DNA of 64,000 nt from an uncultured Verrucomicrobiae bacterium (GTDB taxonomy: Bacteria > Verrucomicrobiota > Verrucomicrobiia > Limisphaerales > JAFGQR01), in contig CAWBHS010000062.1 in NCBI GenBank assembly GCA_963788655.1, forward strand, positions 96,001 through 160,000, in the 5' to 3' direction. Positions 1 to 10,800 of the stretch are shown here, in pieces (within the stretch, counting starts at the first letter, position 1; each line of letters opens with the position of its first letter). A program made the translations under genes and the position numbers. The notes beneath the pieces were generated by a model. The model saw only the letters and a list, made by a program, of their open reading frames with translations. It was not told the origin of the DNA and ran no database searches.

Positions 1-603
1 TTCGAGGACGTGGACGAACCGTTGGAAAAGGACTCGGGTCGAGGCCCTGATGACCATTCGGACCTGGCCAAACTGGTCACGGCCGCCAAGGAATCGGATT
101 GGAAGAAACGGTTTGCCCAACTCGACCGCGTACTTGATTTGGACGAGTTCTTCACCTTTATGGCCATGGAAGTAATGGCTTGGCATTGGGACGGTTACCT
201 CATGCACAAGAACAACTATCGACTTTATTTCGATCCCACGCCGCAGCGATTCGTTTTCCTCCCGCACGGCATGGACCAGATGTTTTTCACCACCAACGGC
301 CCGGTGCTGCCTTTCCAGGAAGGCTTGGTCGCCAAGGCTGTCTTGGAGCCGGAAGAAGGAAAACGGCAATATCTGCTTCGATTCGCGCAACTCTACGACA
401 AGTTCTACGACTTTCCATCTCTGGTCCAGCGCATCGATGAACTCAATGCCAAAATTCGTCCGGTTTTTCAGCAACTTGGCGCACGTGAAATTGCGCAATA
501 CGACAAAGCTGTATCCACTTTAAAAGGGAAGATCTCTGACCGTAGTGCGTGCCTTGAGCAGGAACTATCCCGCATCAGGCTCTCCACTGCGGCTGGTCGA
601 TGA
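1..603 (+). CDS. CotH kinase family protein, C-terminal part (5' truncated by window edge)
   Basis: Motif MAWHWDGYLMHKNNYRLYFDP...FVFLPHGMDQMF matches the CotH-like WD.Y....NNYxLY...PxxxD signature; frame is open from base 1. Confidence 0.8.
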   Translation, partial: FEDVDEPLEKDSGRGPDDHSDLAKLVTAAKESDWKKRFAQLDRVLDLDEFFTFMAMEVMAWHWDGYLMHKNNYRLYFDPTPQRFVFLPHGMDQMFFTTNGPVLPFQEGLVAKAVLEPEEGKRQYLLRFAQLYDKFYDFPSLVQRIDELNAKIRPVFQQLGAREIAQYDKAVSTLKGKISDRSACLEQELSRIRLSTAAGR

Positions 604-663
604 CGACCCAGCCGTGATCCGATGAGAAATACAAACTGAGCTGTCCATAACCATTTGTTTTTA

Positions 664-809
664 GGAAGTGCGCCCGCGTCGGGTGCTGCCAACCGGCGCC
701 CTCGTCGGTTGGCCCCGCGACAAAGCCGTCACTGAATTGTGAGTCACTCGGACGCTCGGAAGTGGTTGGCGAGGCGCCAACCACAGCGCCCGGGGCGGGC
801 GCGCTCCCC
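664..809. repeat. REP-like palindromic element
   Basis: Imperfect inverted arms; the ggttggcgaggcgccaacc...gggcgcgctcccc half recurs at ~35770-35816. Confidence 0.6.
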
Positions 810-1063
810 TTTTTAACTGAATCGTCACTGTGAAGCTGTCCATGTAGAGGGTACCTCGGGCAAGCATCACCAAGCATTCACTGGATCGGTTCTTTCCAAC
901 GATTGATCTCAGGATTACCTTATTAAAACATGCATCACCCTTCTTGAAAATATCTTTGCCGAAAACATTGCGGTTTTTTTGCTTGAAGTGTTTTTGATAG
1001 AACTCGTTCACTTTGATCAGCGCTAGTTGTTGAAGTTCAGGCCGAAGAACAACAATCAAGACT

Positions 1064-4000
1064 ATGAAAACAACAGCAGCCAAGGTGGTAGGGAGCCTTC
1101 TCAGCGGATATTTTGTGCGACGACTCTGCTGAGTGCGTCCAGCCTTAACCCGATCCAAATTTCACGTCAACTACGCGATCAGGAGGGGATTTGGCGAGCG
1201 CGAGGAACATCGGGCTCACGAAGTCATCTGGGAGATCATATCGCCTTCTGACCAATGCAATCACCCGTCGGATACGATCCATGACCAGATGCGTTCATGG
1301 AATTGGGAAGCCGGCCTCAACGTGCAGGGGACAGACGGCCGTTACCAACCTGCCAATCCGGAGTTTCGCATTACCGAAGATGGTGCCGAAGCCACCGGCA
1401 CCGCGCACAAACTCATCGTGAGCGGCAACATCGCGGAGGACGCCCCGGTGCCGGTCGTCACTCCCGACGGTGCGGAAATCATTTCCCGACCGCTGGGATT
1501 CGGAAACTTCGACCCGATCACCGGCCATGCGAACAGGTTCTTGCCGATATCATCGACGCACCCTGGTTCGTTGGTTGCTTCCAATGTGATCGTCTTCTCG
1601 AACTGTTTTGGATGGGATCACGGCTTCGCTGTTGCCATTGGCATTACGAAAGCCGGGCATGTCCCAGGACATCCTGTGGTTCCAGGAGCAACCGCCCCCA
1701 CCGGAAGCCTACTCCCTTTCGTCTGAATCAAGGCTGAAGATGATGACCGAGACCCTGCCGGCAACCCGTGAGCCGAACAAGTTGTCGCGCATAATTCACC
1801 GCGAGAAGAACCCAGCCTAACGAGCGCAAATGGTCGAACCCGACCTCGTTGACACTACCCTGGAATTCGGCAGCATGCGTATGGGACCGGGCCGAGCTTT
1901 TGTCCCGGATGCGACTATCCCTATTTCAGTGCCACAGGCAGCCGGTGGCCGTTTTGTCCCTGTGTCAAAATGTTTCGAGAATATAGGTGGACGCAATATT
2001 CTAATTGAAGGCGTTGAATATCAGCAAATTCAGTCTATGCTGTCGAACCTACCGCCGGCAGGGGCGCGGGGAATTATTACCAACGCGAGCGCCCGCTTAC
2101 TTGCCCCAAGCACGGATAAACTACAGCCGCAGCGTAATCTGCCTATTCGACAATTCGTCGGCTTAAAGCCACCCGAGATCAAGATTGCCCAAGCAACCCA
2201 AGGCGCTCAAGGACCTTGGCTGGCAAGCATAGATGCACATCCATCTTTTACCTTGGACTATGACTTAGTTCAGGGCCCCGGCGATTACACTATGCAAGGT
2301 AATACAACCTATCTAGTTAATGGCTTCATATCTGTTAATAACCTCATTATTCAAGGAGGTGCAGTCATTAAGGCTGAGCGTTATTCGTACCTTATGGCCA
2401 GCACCGTTCGGGCTTACGGAGATTCGTATTTGCCGATCATTTTTACCGCCCGAGATGACAACAGTGTGGGGGAGAATGTGAGCACCGGACCGCTATCGGG
2501 ACTTTACCCGCAGGCCGCGCTGATTATCACTGAATACGCACCTACTGTAATTGAGCATTTGCGAATCTCTTATGCTGAAATGGGGATTTTGTATTGGAAT
2601 CCCGGTCAGCTAAATACGCTGCGGCACGTTCAGTTTACCCATTGCCGGTGGCCGGCCTACTGCATTGATAATCCGCTCCACGTCGAGAATGCGCTGTTTG
2701 ATGATACGCAGGCCGCGCCGTTCTATGGGGATGGTGAGAACTTCGAAGTGTTCGCCGCCCACATCACCGCTGATGGCGGCAATTCCCTTAGTTGGGCGGA
2801 CACCTATCATCGCACGATCACGCTGGTCAACAGCCTGATCGTGGGAATTCCTGAAGATTCGGAAAACATTTACATTTACGATCCGCAAAACACGTTTTGG
2901 TCGGAAGAATGCCCGCCGGGCCTCTTCGCCACTGCCGCCCTTGGCGAGCATTACCTTGCTGAGAATACTTACCAGGATCAAGCCGATCCGTCCTCAGTCG
3001 ATCCAGCACTGCTCCAAGAACTACAGGAAATGACCACCAAACCCCCAATTGCACTGCCAACAAGTGGCGAACTGCTGCCACAGGACTTGGGAGACCTTGG
3101 TCAATTGGATCTCGGTTACCATTATCCTATTATCGATTACTACAGGACAGGAGCTGATGTAACCGGCGCGCTGACCATCAAGAATGGCGCTGTCATTGGC
3201 GTCCAGTACACTTCGTTGCCTTATGGACTTAACATCCGCGGCAGCGGCTCACTGCTCAGCGAGGGCACGCCGCTGAAGCCGAACGTGTTCCTTCGGATGA
3301 ACAACGTCCAGGAGCAAAAGGGAGCAACCCCGCCTTCGTGGCACGCGCTGATCACCGACGGTCCTTATGGTTCGCAGTGGACTTCCGCCCGGTTTCGCTT
3401 TACCGAGTTTTGTGGTTTGGCTGGGCCATCCTACCATTTTTATGGAGGCAATTACCTCGGCCATCTGGAGTTCCTGCACAGCCGCGTGCGAAATGGCCGT
3501 GTATTTGCAAGTTACTACGGTCTCGCCGGGCGTTCCGTCGGTCTGACCAACACGCTCTGGGAAAATGTCTCCATTGACCTGACTTGCGGACAACCCCTGT
3601 AAGTTAATATCTACAATAATCTTTTCAAAAATGGCGCTTTCCAATTGTACAACGGTGCTACATCCTGGCAAATCCGGGACAATATCTTTGACAACATTGA
3701 TCGCGAGAGCGTTTCAGACAATGGCAGCCGCGTGGGGAATTCTTACAACGTGTACGCTGGTTTTGGCACTGTTGTTCCGTTTCTTTCGTCAGACTGCTGC
3801 CGGTTCTTTGACACCATACCTTACGAGCACGGCCCATTGGGCGATTATTACCTCCCGCAAGATGAACCGAAACTCAATGATGCCGGTAGCCGCTGGGCTG
3901 ACGAGGCAGGATTGTTCCACTTCACAACCTCAGTGGACCAGCAAAAGGAGGCAGCCAGCGCGGCCGATATTGGCTTTCATTACGTGGCGGTGGATGAGTT

Positions 4001-5724
4001 CGGCCAACCGTTGAACTCGGATGGCGATGCCTACCCGGACTATCTTGACGACGACTCGGACGGCGACGACCTGATCGACGACTGGGAATTGTCGCACTTC
4101 GGCAACCTGAGCCAGACGGCCGAGGGCGACTACGACCAAGATGGGTTGACCAACTTGCAGGAATATCAAGGCGGAACGAATCCCAAAGATTGTCCACGAG
4201 AGGCTTATGAAGGGGTTATCAACCGCCAAAGCCAAGACCTGAAAGGTTGGTTCAAGCTCAATGGCAGCTCTCTGGCAAATGCGGTGATCGGCCATCCAGC
4301 TTTGGTAAACGTCGGCGGTTCGTGGAACTCGGACGTTTTCGCCAACGAGGATAGCGCCTATATCTTCTTGAACGCGAATGAAGGGGATATACTGACACTT
4401 GACGACGAGGACGATCCCATTGGAGGGGGAGGGTCGGGACCGAACAATGATGCGGTCGGCAAAGGATCAATCACGCTGCTGTTTCGCGCGCTCGATGGAT
4501 TGACCGACGGCAAGACTTATCTGCTTTCTCAGAGCGCCAGTACGCCTAACAGCAACGCGCTGGACGTATTCTTTGCCAACAATGGCGGATTGACGCTACG
4601 CGTGGGCAATGCCACGCTTGCGACTCCAATTCTGTCCACCGCCGAGATTACTGCCTATCCCAATGCATGGTATTACCTGGCCCTTACCTGGGATGAGGAT
4701 CGCGATAATCCCGAACTCATTTGGTATCTCGGCCGCGTCGGCGGCCAACTCAATTTCGGCAATTTCAATTTCGCAAACGGCGCTGTCGTCGGAAACGACG
4801 GCACCATCTACCTGGGCAACCACGTGGATCTGGACGGTGGCTTCCGCAATCCGGGTGATGGGGCGCTGGACGAAGTCGCCTTCTGGACCCGCGAGTTGAG
4901 CAGCGACGAAGTCAATATGCAGTTCAACGTCCTTCCCCACGGGCCCTCGCTCAATTTTGATCTCACGCGTTGGAACCTCCTGCTGCCCGTGGATGACTCC
5001 GACGGTTTTGCCAACTCTCCTCGCGAAGTCGATACGAAGCAGTTGAACGCCGGCTTCGAGTATGCCGATCCAACTGACTGCATCAGAAATTTACTTTTAC
5101 AAAGGCACCGGCGACACCATGGTGTTTGCAGCCCCGTATAACGGCGCGTATAGCGGCACAGGGCCGCGTAGCGAGTTGCGAGGGACGAACCCCGACGGGA
5201 GTCAAGATAACTGGGAACCAGTTGGCATACACACTCTCGACGCCACCTGTTTCGTGAACGAGGCTGGCCCCAGCAACGACAGAAAGGTGGTCATTGGGCA
5301 GATCCACGAAAAGGAGCCATACAGCGTCCCCACGATTGTCCTCAGCTACAATTTTCCAGAGCGGGGGAATGTTACGGTCACGGTTAAGTATAAGCCGGAC
5401 GGTACCGACGCGGATCCGAGCACGCCAGGCGATCAAACGGACAAGAATCGCACTTGGGAAGACAACGTGGAAGTTGGCGACGCGATCCACTATACGCTGC
5501 AAGTACAAAAGGTTGGAGCTACTGTCACGCTTTATGCCACGGTCAATGGGGTGCTAAAGGTTGTGAACATGACGACGGATCCGCTGTTTGATGCCACTTG
5601 GGGGACGCTGCCAAACCTCACCTTTTATTTCAAGGCTGGATGTTACTATCCAGATAACGACCTCGAAAACCCGATAACCGGCAACGCGAAAGTAACGTTC
5701 TCCAGCCTGGAAGTCACACCGTAA
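1064..5724 (+). pseudogene. Giant secreted modular protein (Verrucomicrobial N-terminal region, beta-rich region, TSP3-like Ca-binding motifs, LamG/ConA-like domain, C-terminal PL7 alginate lyase), disrupted
   Basis: Pieces 1133-1726, 1608-1820, 1830-3602, 3645-5141 and 5062-5724 join into one protein. In-frame TAA at 3600-3602 is followed by continued coding sequence (VNIYNNLFKNG). DSDGDDLIDDWE and DQDGLTNLQEYQGGTNP motifs; WYYLALTWD...GALDEVAFW (LamG); RSELR, QIH and YFKAGCY (PL7). Confidence 0.75.
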
Positions 5725-5770
5725 CCGTTCTTAAGCGCATGATAAACGGATCGCTAAAGATAAGATTGAT

Positions 5771-6433
5771 ATGAAATTACTCGCGACGTTTTCTCTCGCC
5801 GTGCTCGGGACTTTTGCTGTCCAGGCCCAAGGACTTATTTGGAGCGCAAATCACTGGGAGCAGAGCAGCGGGGCCCCGGGGGCGAGTTGGCAGATTTCCT
5901 TCGACCACGTATCGGACCGATACTTTGCTACTCCGCCAAGCTTGAATCCCGCAACGAGAATTTTCTCGATGACTCTCACTACTACCGACACTGGTCGGAC
6001 CTTTTTCGCCGACGCCATGAATGAACCTGGGTTTGCTGGCTTTGCCGCCGGTCTGACCGATGGGGCGAATGACTATATTCGGTTTCAGGAAGTCCTCTCT
6101 TCATGGACTGTCCATAGCGAGGCCGATTATCTGGGGAGATCCTCCGTCGCGCCTGACTTGGCGGGCTACGATATCACGCAGATCGCTTTCCGCGTGAACA
6201 ACTTTTACGACTGGTACTATGCGCCGGAGGATATCTACTTTAGGAGGTTGGACTATTCCCTGGATTTCTACGGTACGCTCGTGCCTGAACCCAGCACATG
6301 GGCCTTGCTCACGCTGGGCGGCGCCGCCTGGCTGATGCGGAGAAAAGCCCGGAAGCCAAAGACTGAACCTGAAAGGAGCAGTTCAACCACAAAGAACGCA
6401 GAGAACACAAAGAGCGGCCGGCCTTTCCCGTGA
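5771..6433 (+). CDS. PEP-CTERM sorting domain protein
   Basis: Signal peptide MKLLATFSLAVLGTFAVQA; VPEPSTWALLTLGGAAWLMRRK followed by basic residues. Confidence 0.9.
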   Translation: MKLLATFSLAVLGTFAVQAQGLIWSANHWEQSSGAPGASWQISFDHVSDRYFATPPSLNPATRIFSMTLTTTDTGRTFFADAMNEPGFAGFAAGLTDGANDYIRFQEVLSSWTVHSEADYLGRSSVAPDLAGYDITQIAFRVNNFYDWYYAPEDIYFRRLDYSLDFYGTLVPEPSTWALLTLGGAAWLMRRKARKPKTEPERSSSTTKNAENTKSGRPFP

Positions 6434-6518
6434 GAGTTGCAGTCACCCGCCGAGCGAGAGCAGGCTCTGCCCCAAGACCCAAGTTCGAGGCTCTGCGTTC
6501 TTTGCGTTCTTTGCGGTT
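6385..6518. repeat. REP-like inverted repeat
   Basis: aaccacaaagaacgcagagaacacaaaga (6385-6413) pairs imperfectly with tctgcgttctttgcgttctttgcggtt (6492-6518). Confidence 0.7.
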
Positions 6519-6519
6519 A

Positions 6520-6660
6520 ATGAATATGACGACGACTCCGTATGATCCCGATTGGGCCGATCAGACGTTCTATTTCAAGGCTGGATGCTACTACCCGAAT
6601 CCCCCCACTCAGGCCGGATAAAGTGACAGGTTCAAAGTTGTTGACACGATTTAAACCGTT
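6520..6660 (+). pseudogene. Orphan 3' fragment of a second PL7 lyase domain
   Basis: NMTTTPYDPDWADQTFYFKAGCYYPN aligns with NMTTDPLFDATWGTLPNLTFYFKAGCYYPDN at ~5566-5660. Confidence 0.8.
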
Positions 6661-7198
6661 ATGGCAACATCCCGCCATGCGCGAGCTGCGCGTCGCTGCC
6701 GTTACCTGATGAGTTTCCGGGGGCTTTCCGTTTGAAGCTTCGTCGACTGCGTTTCCTTTTGTTGGATTCACACCAAGCCAACGAAGGAAACGGAGGTTTA
6801 CCAGCGGATCGGTTCTCGATCCTCAGGGTTCTCCGGTTCCTGCTGTTCTTTGCCACGAGGCGGCATGGAAGAAGCCGTTCGAGGATCAAAGGTTGCCCTT
6901 GGCGCGGCGTTGGATTGGCGAACGCGCTCAGGAGAAGTCAGGGCTTGACGGAGTCTCGCCCTACCGGGAGGTAATACATTGGGAATTCACGCGAGCCCCC
7001 GAAGAGCGGCGGAAAGGCGTGGCACGAGGGAACGATGGCATTCGATTTCTTTCGTCCCTCCGGGACTCAATGCTTCTTATGGCCCGCATCCCCCCGTTGA
7101 AACGGGGGGCTATTTTCGGGCGTCCCTGCGGGACTGGGAGACGGCGAAGGCGGGGCGGCCGATTTTGACGGAGGCGCGAGAAATTGATGATTGTGCCA

Positions 7199-7793
7199 TT
7201 TTCGTGGTCCGCCCTGAATCTGCCGGGCTATCCAGGGGACAATGACCAATGTCCAATGACCAAATCCCAGAGAATGCTCAAATCCCAAAGTTCAATTCGG
7301 GCTTCGGACGCCGCCGCCTTAGTTGATCGGTCATTGGACGTTGGTCATTCTCTGGTCATTGGGCCATTGGTCATTGGTCATTATTCAGGGGCTGCCGGCG
7401 ATCCCTTGGCCCGGCCTTGAGCTGATGGACACGCTCCGGGGGAAGTCAGGGCTCGACGGAGTCTCGCCCTACCGGGAGCACGCAAGCCACCGTTGAAACG
7501 GGGGGGTTGCTATTTTCGTGGTCCGCCCTGCATCCGCGGGGATACCCCGGGGACAATGACCAATGTCCAATGACCAAATCCCAGAGAATGCCCAAATCCC
7601 AAAGTTCAATTCGGGCTTCGGACGCCGCCGCTTTAGTTGATCGGTCATTGGACGTTGGTCATTCTCTGGTCATTGGGCCATTGGTCATTGGTCATTATTC
7701 AGGGGCTGCCGAACGATCCCTTGGCCCGGCGTTGGGTTGATGGACACGCTCCGGGGGAAGTCAGGGCTCGACGGAGTCTCGCCCTACCGGGAG
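7199..7793. repeat. Tandem duplication (~280 bp unit, ~314 bp period) of a composite REP cluster
   Basis: 7199-7478 and 7513-7793 are near identical. Each has an aatgaccaatg.../...ttggtcattggtcatt inverted repeat and gggctcgacggagtctcgccctacc (also seen near 6940). Confidence 0.9.
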
Positions 7794-7811
7794 TACGGAA
7801 CCCAAGACGAT

Positions 7812-10800
7812 TCACGGCGCTGAGGTTGCAACCAACCGGTAGAAACGCATTTCACCCGAGATGGGCAGCGGATCGGTGATTTGAATTTCGCGGGTGAGCG
7901 GTGAGGCGTTCAGGTTGGTTAACGATTGCCAGTGTCCCGTGGTGAGCGAGTCGCGATACTGGACCGTGTACGATTGGTTCGCCATGGTGACGAAATGCAG
8001 CACCGCGAAACCGCCCAGCGATTGGAGATTCACTTTGACGTTGCTGAGCGGATCGTCCGGATCGGTGCCGTTGAGCCATTCCACGTAATTGCACACGCCA
8101 TCGGCGTCTTCGTCCTCCCAGGGCATGCCGGTGTAGGTCGGATCGATGGGAAAGTCCGCCGCAAAAACAACGGCGTCGGCAATGACGTACAGCGTCGTAT
8201 CGGTGGTGCGAATGACCACGCTGCCGGCGTTGCCCAGATCGAATAAATAGGTGCCGAGCAGATACCAGTTACCGGCATCGATTTGTTCGTTCACTGTCTC
8301 GGTGATCACCCCGGCGGTGCAATGAACGTCCACGGGCACATTGGTGGCGCGGTTGTTGGAAGCCGTCCAGCGCAGGTAAACGCGATACCAGCCACGCAGG
8401 GGCAGGTCCGGTTGGAAGGTAACGCTCTTGGTGCCCTTGCCGGTGTTGCCGTCATGGAGGTAGTCCGCGCGATAGAAACCGGAGTTCGAGGTACTGCTGG
8501 TCCAGTCGCCGACGAGTTGGACGTGGTTGGTATCCGCGTTGTCGAGGACGGTAACCGTTTGGTCTGGTGTCCCAAAATACTCGTTCAAACCAATGAGCCC
8601 CTGCAGTTCGGCAATGTGCGACTGATAAACGCCGCGCGGCGAGGTATTGTATTGCTTGCACAACGCGGCGGCGTTGCCGGTGGCCACGCCCATCTGGCCG
8701 CACGTGTTCATGACGCGCGGGCTGCCCAGGCCAACATGCGTTGCGCTCAAGCAACGTCCGGCCATCATCAGGTTGTCCACATTCGTCGAATAGAGGCAGC
8801 GGAATGGAATCCAGTAAGGACTGATCCCGGTGAATTGGGCGTAGGTCAGAAAGTCGTAATCCCCCGGCCTGGTATAGTGCAGGTCGATCTCGCGGCTTTC
8901 GGTCACCACGGCATCCTCGAAGAAGGGATGATTGCGTACGTCGGATTCGGTGAGCACGTAATCACCGACCAATCGCCGCGACTCGCGTTTGCCACTGATG
9001 TAAGCGACCCAGTCGAGGTCCAGGTTTTCGTTGCCGGCCCGTTGTTTGACGTTCGACCACGTGCCGTAAATGGCCTGCAACAGGTGGTCGCGAATTTCCT
9101 CGGCATCGTAAATCGTGTCGCTCAACAACCCGTATTCCCAATACCAGTCGCCGCGGGTTTGGTAGTAATCCTTGGCCACGCCCATCGCCCAGGGAACGGC
9201 GGGGAACGTAACCGGTTTGCCCGTGTTGCGGGAGTTCCAGGAAAGCGTTGAACCATTACGCATCGAATCGGGCTCGACCGGCGCCAGCGACTCGTTGAAC
9301 GCGGCGCGCGGTTCCCGGCCCGTGCGATACAATGCCCCGGCCCAGTAGCCGATCCAGCCGTCGCCCGTGCTGTCGATGAATACCGGCGCAAAGAACCGGC
9401 GTTCCTCACCGGTGCGGGTGTGTTTGGCATCGATGCTGATGATGCGCGAGCCGTTGGTGTTCGCGGCAAACGCGCGCCATTCGGTGAACAAGTGCAGGTT
9501 CGTCTCCGCCAGGAGCACTTGCAGGCGGGCTTGATCGGTTTGGATAAATTGATCCGAGCCGATCAGGAAGTCGGGCGTGTTGATCTCGGTGACAATGCCG
9601 CCCATCGTGTCGCCGAGCGTGTGAACGCGCACGTCCTGGCTGGCGTTGCCGCCGGGGAAGGGGCGGTCGTGAATCAAAGCCACTTGCAGTCCCTGTCGCG
9701 CCGCTGCGATGGACGCCGCGCATCCCGCAATACCTCCTCCTACCACCACGAGGTCGAAGTTGCCGGCGCTGGGCGGCACGTCGGGTATTCCCAACTGCGC
9801 GCGACGCCAAGTCGTGAGTTCCGGCAGCGAATTGGGCGGCACGAAATTCATGTCCGTGGTGAAGAACAGCGCATCGCAGCGCCCCTCAAAACCGGTGAGA
9901 TCATGCAGGCGAACCTCCGTGGCGACTTGGGCGACAATTACCAATCCGCCGTCCTGCCACAACCAGCTTTGGCCCACGGTGCCAAATGTTGCGCCGGCCT
10001 CGACACCATCCACCGCAACTGTGAACGCACCGGGATGATCGGGCCGCGGCGCGGTCCAGTCTTTGGTGCGTACCCAGAGCCGATAGGCGCCCGGCGCGGG
10101 AAATTGCGCGGTGGTCACGGCGTCCGCAACGGGGTACCCTTTCCCATGGGCCAGGAGGTAAGGTGAGCCCATCCGATCGACGAACTGTTGGTCCACCACC
10201 CAGCCGCCCCGTTCGGCCAAGCTTTCGGCTTCGAGTAGCAAACTGGCGTTGGTGGCCGCCTCGTCATCGATCAACGTGACGATGGCCGAATCCGCCGAAC
10301 CGACCGTGTAACCGTCGCCCGATTCGAGATGGAGCACCACGGTTTCATTGCCTTCCAATTCCGCATCGTCGAGAGGGGTGATGGTAATTGTCTTCGCCGT
10401 GATCCCCGGTTCAAATTGGATCGAGTTGGTGGCGCTGGTCGTGTAATCGACGCCATTGTCAGCCGTGCCGCCAAGCGTGAATTGCACGGCCACGGCTGAA
10501 TTCGTATCGCCCAAAACCCGGTGAATGGTAAACTCGCCTTCCAATCCCAAGCCGCTTTCGTACGTGGACGGCTTGGTGGCCTCGACGGTGAATTCCGGCG
10601 GGTCATTGTCATCGGCGATGCGAACGGTGGCGGTGGTGGGGCCGGCGATGATGTAGGCCGCGTTCGTGTTCAACGTGAGAATCACCGTCTCTTCCGGTTC
10701 CGGCACATTGTCATCCAACGGCACGACCGGAATGGTGACGTTCGTGGCGCCCGCGGCGAATGCCACCGAACCACTCAGCGATTCGTAATCGACGCCATTC

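Noticed and set aside
661..1158. 165 aa minus-strand ORF
   Set aside because: Overlaps a REP-like element and the likely promoter and start of the giant gene; no recognisable homology.
5560..6660. PL7 C-terminus and its downstream copy as a DGR variable/template repeat pair
   Set aside because: Differences are not adenine-specific and include indels and synonymous C/T changes; no reverse transcriptase is present.
7199..7793. Repeats as a CRISPR array
   Set aside because: Only two long near-identical units with no unique spacers, and no cas genes.
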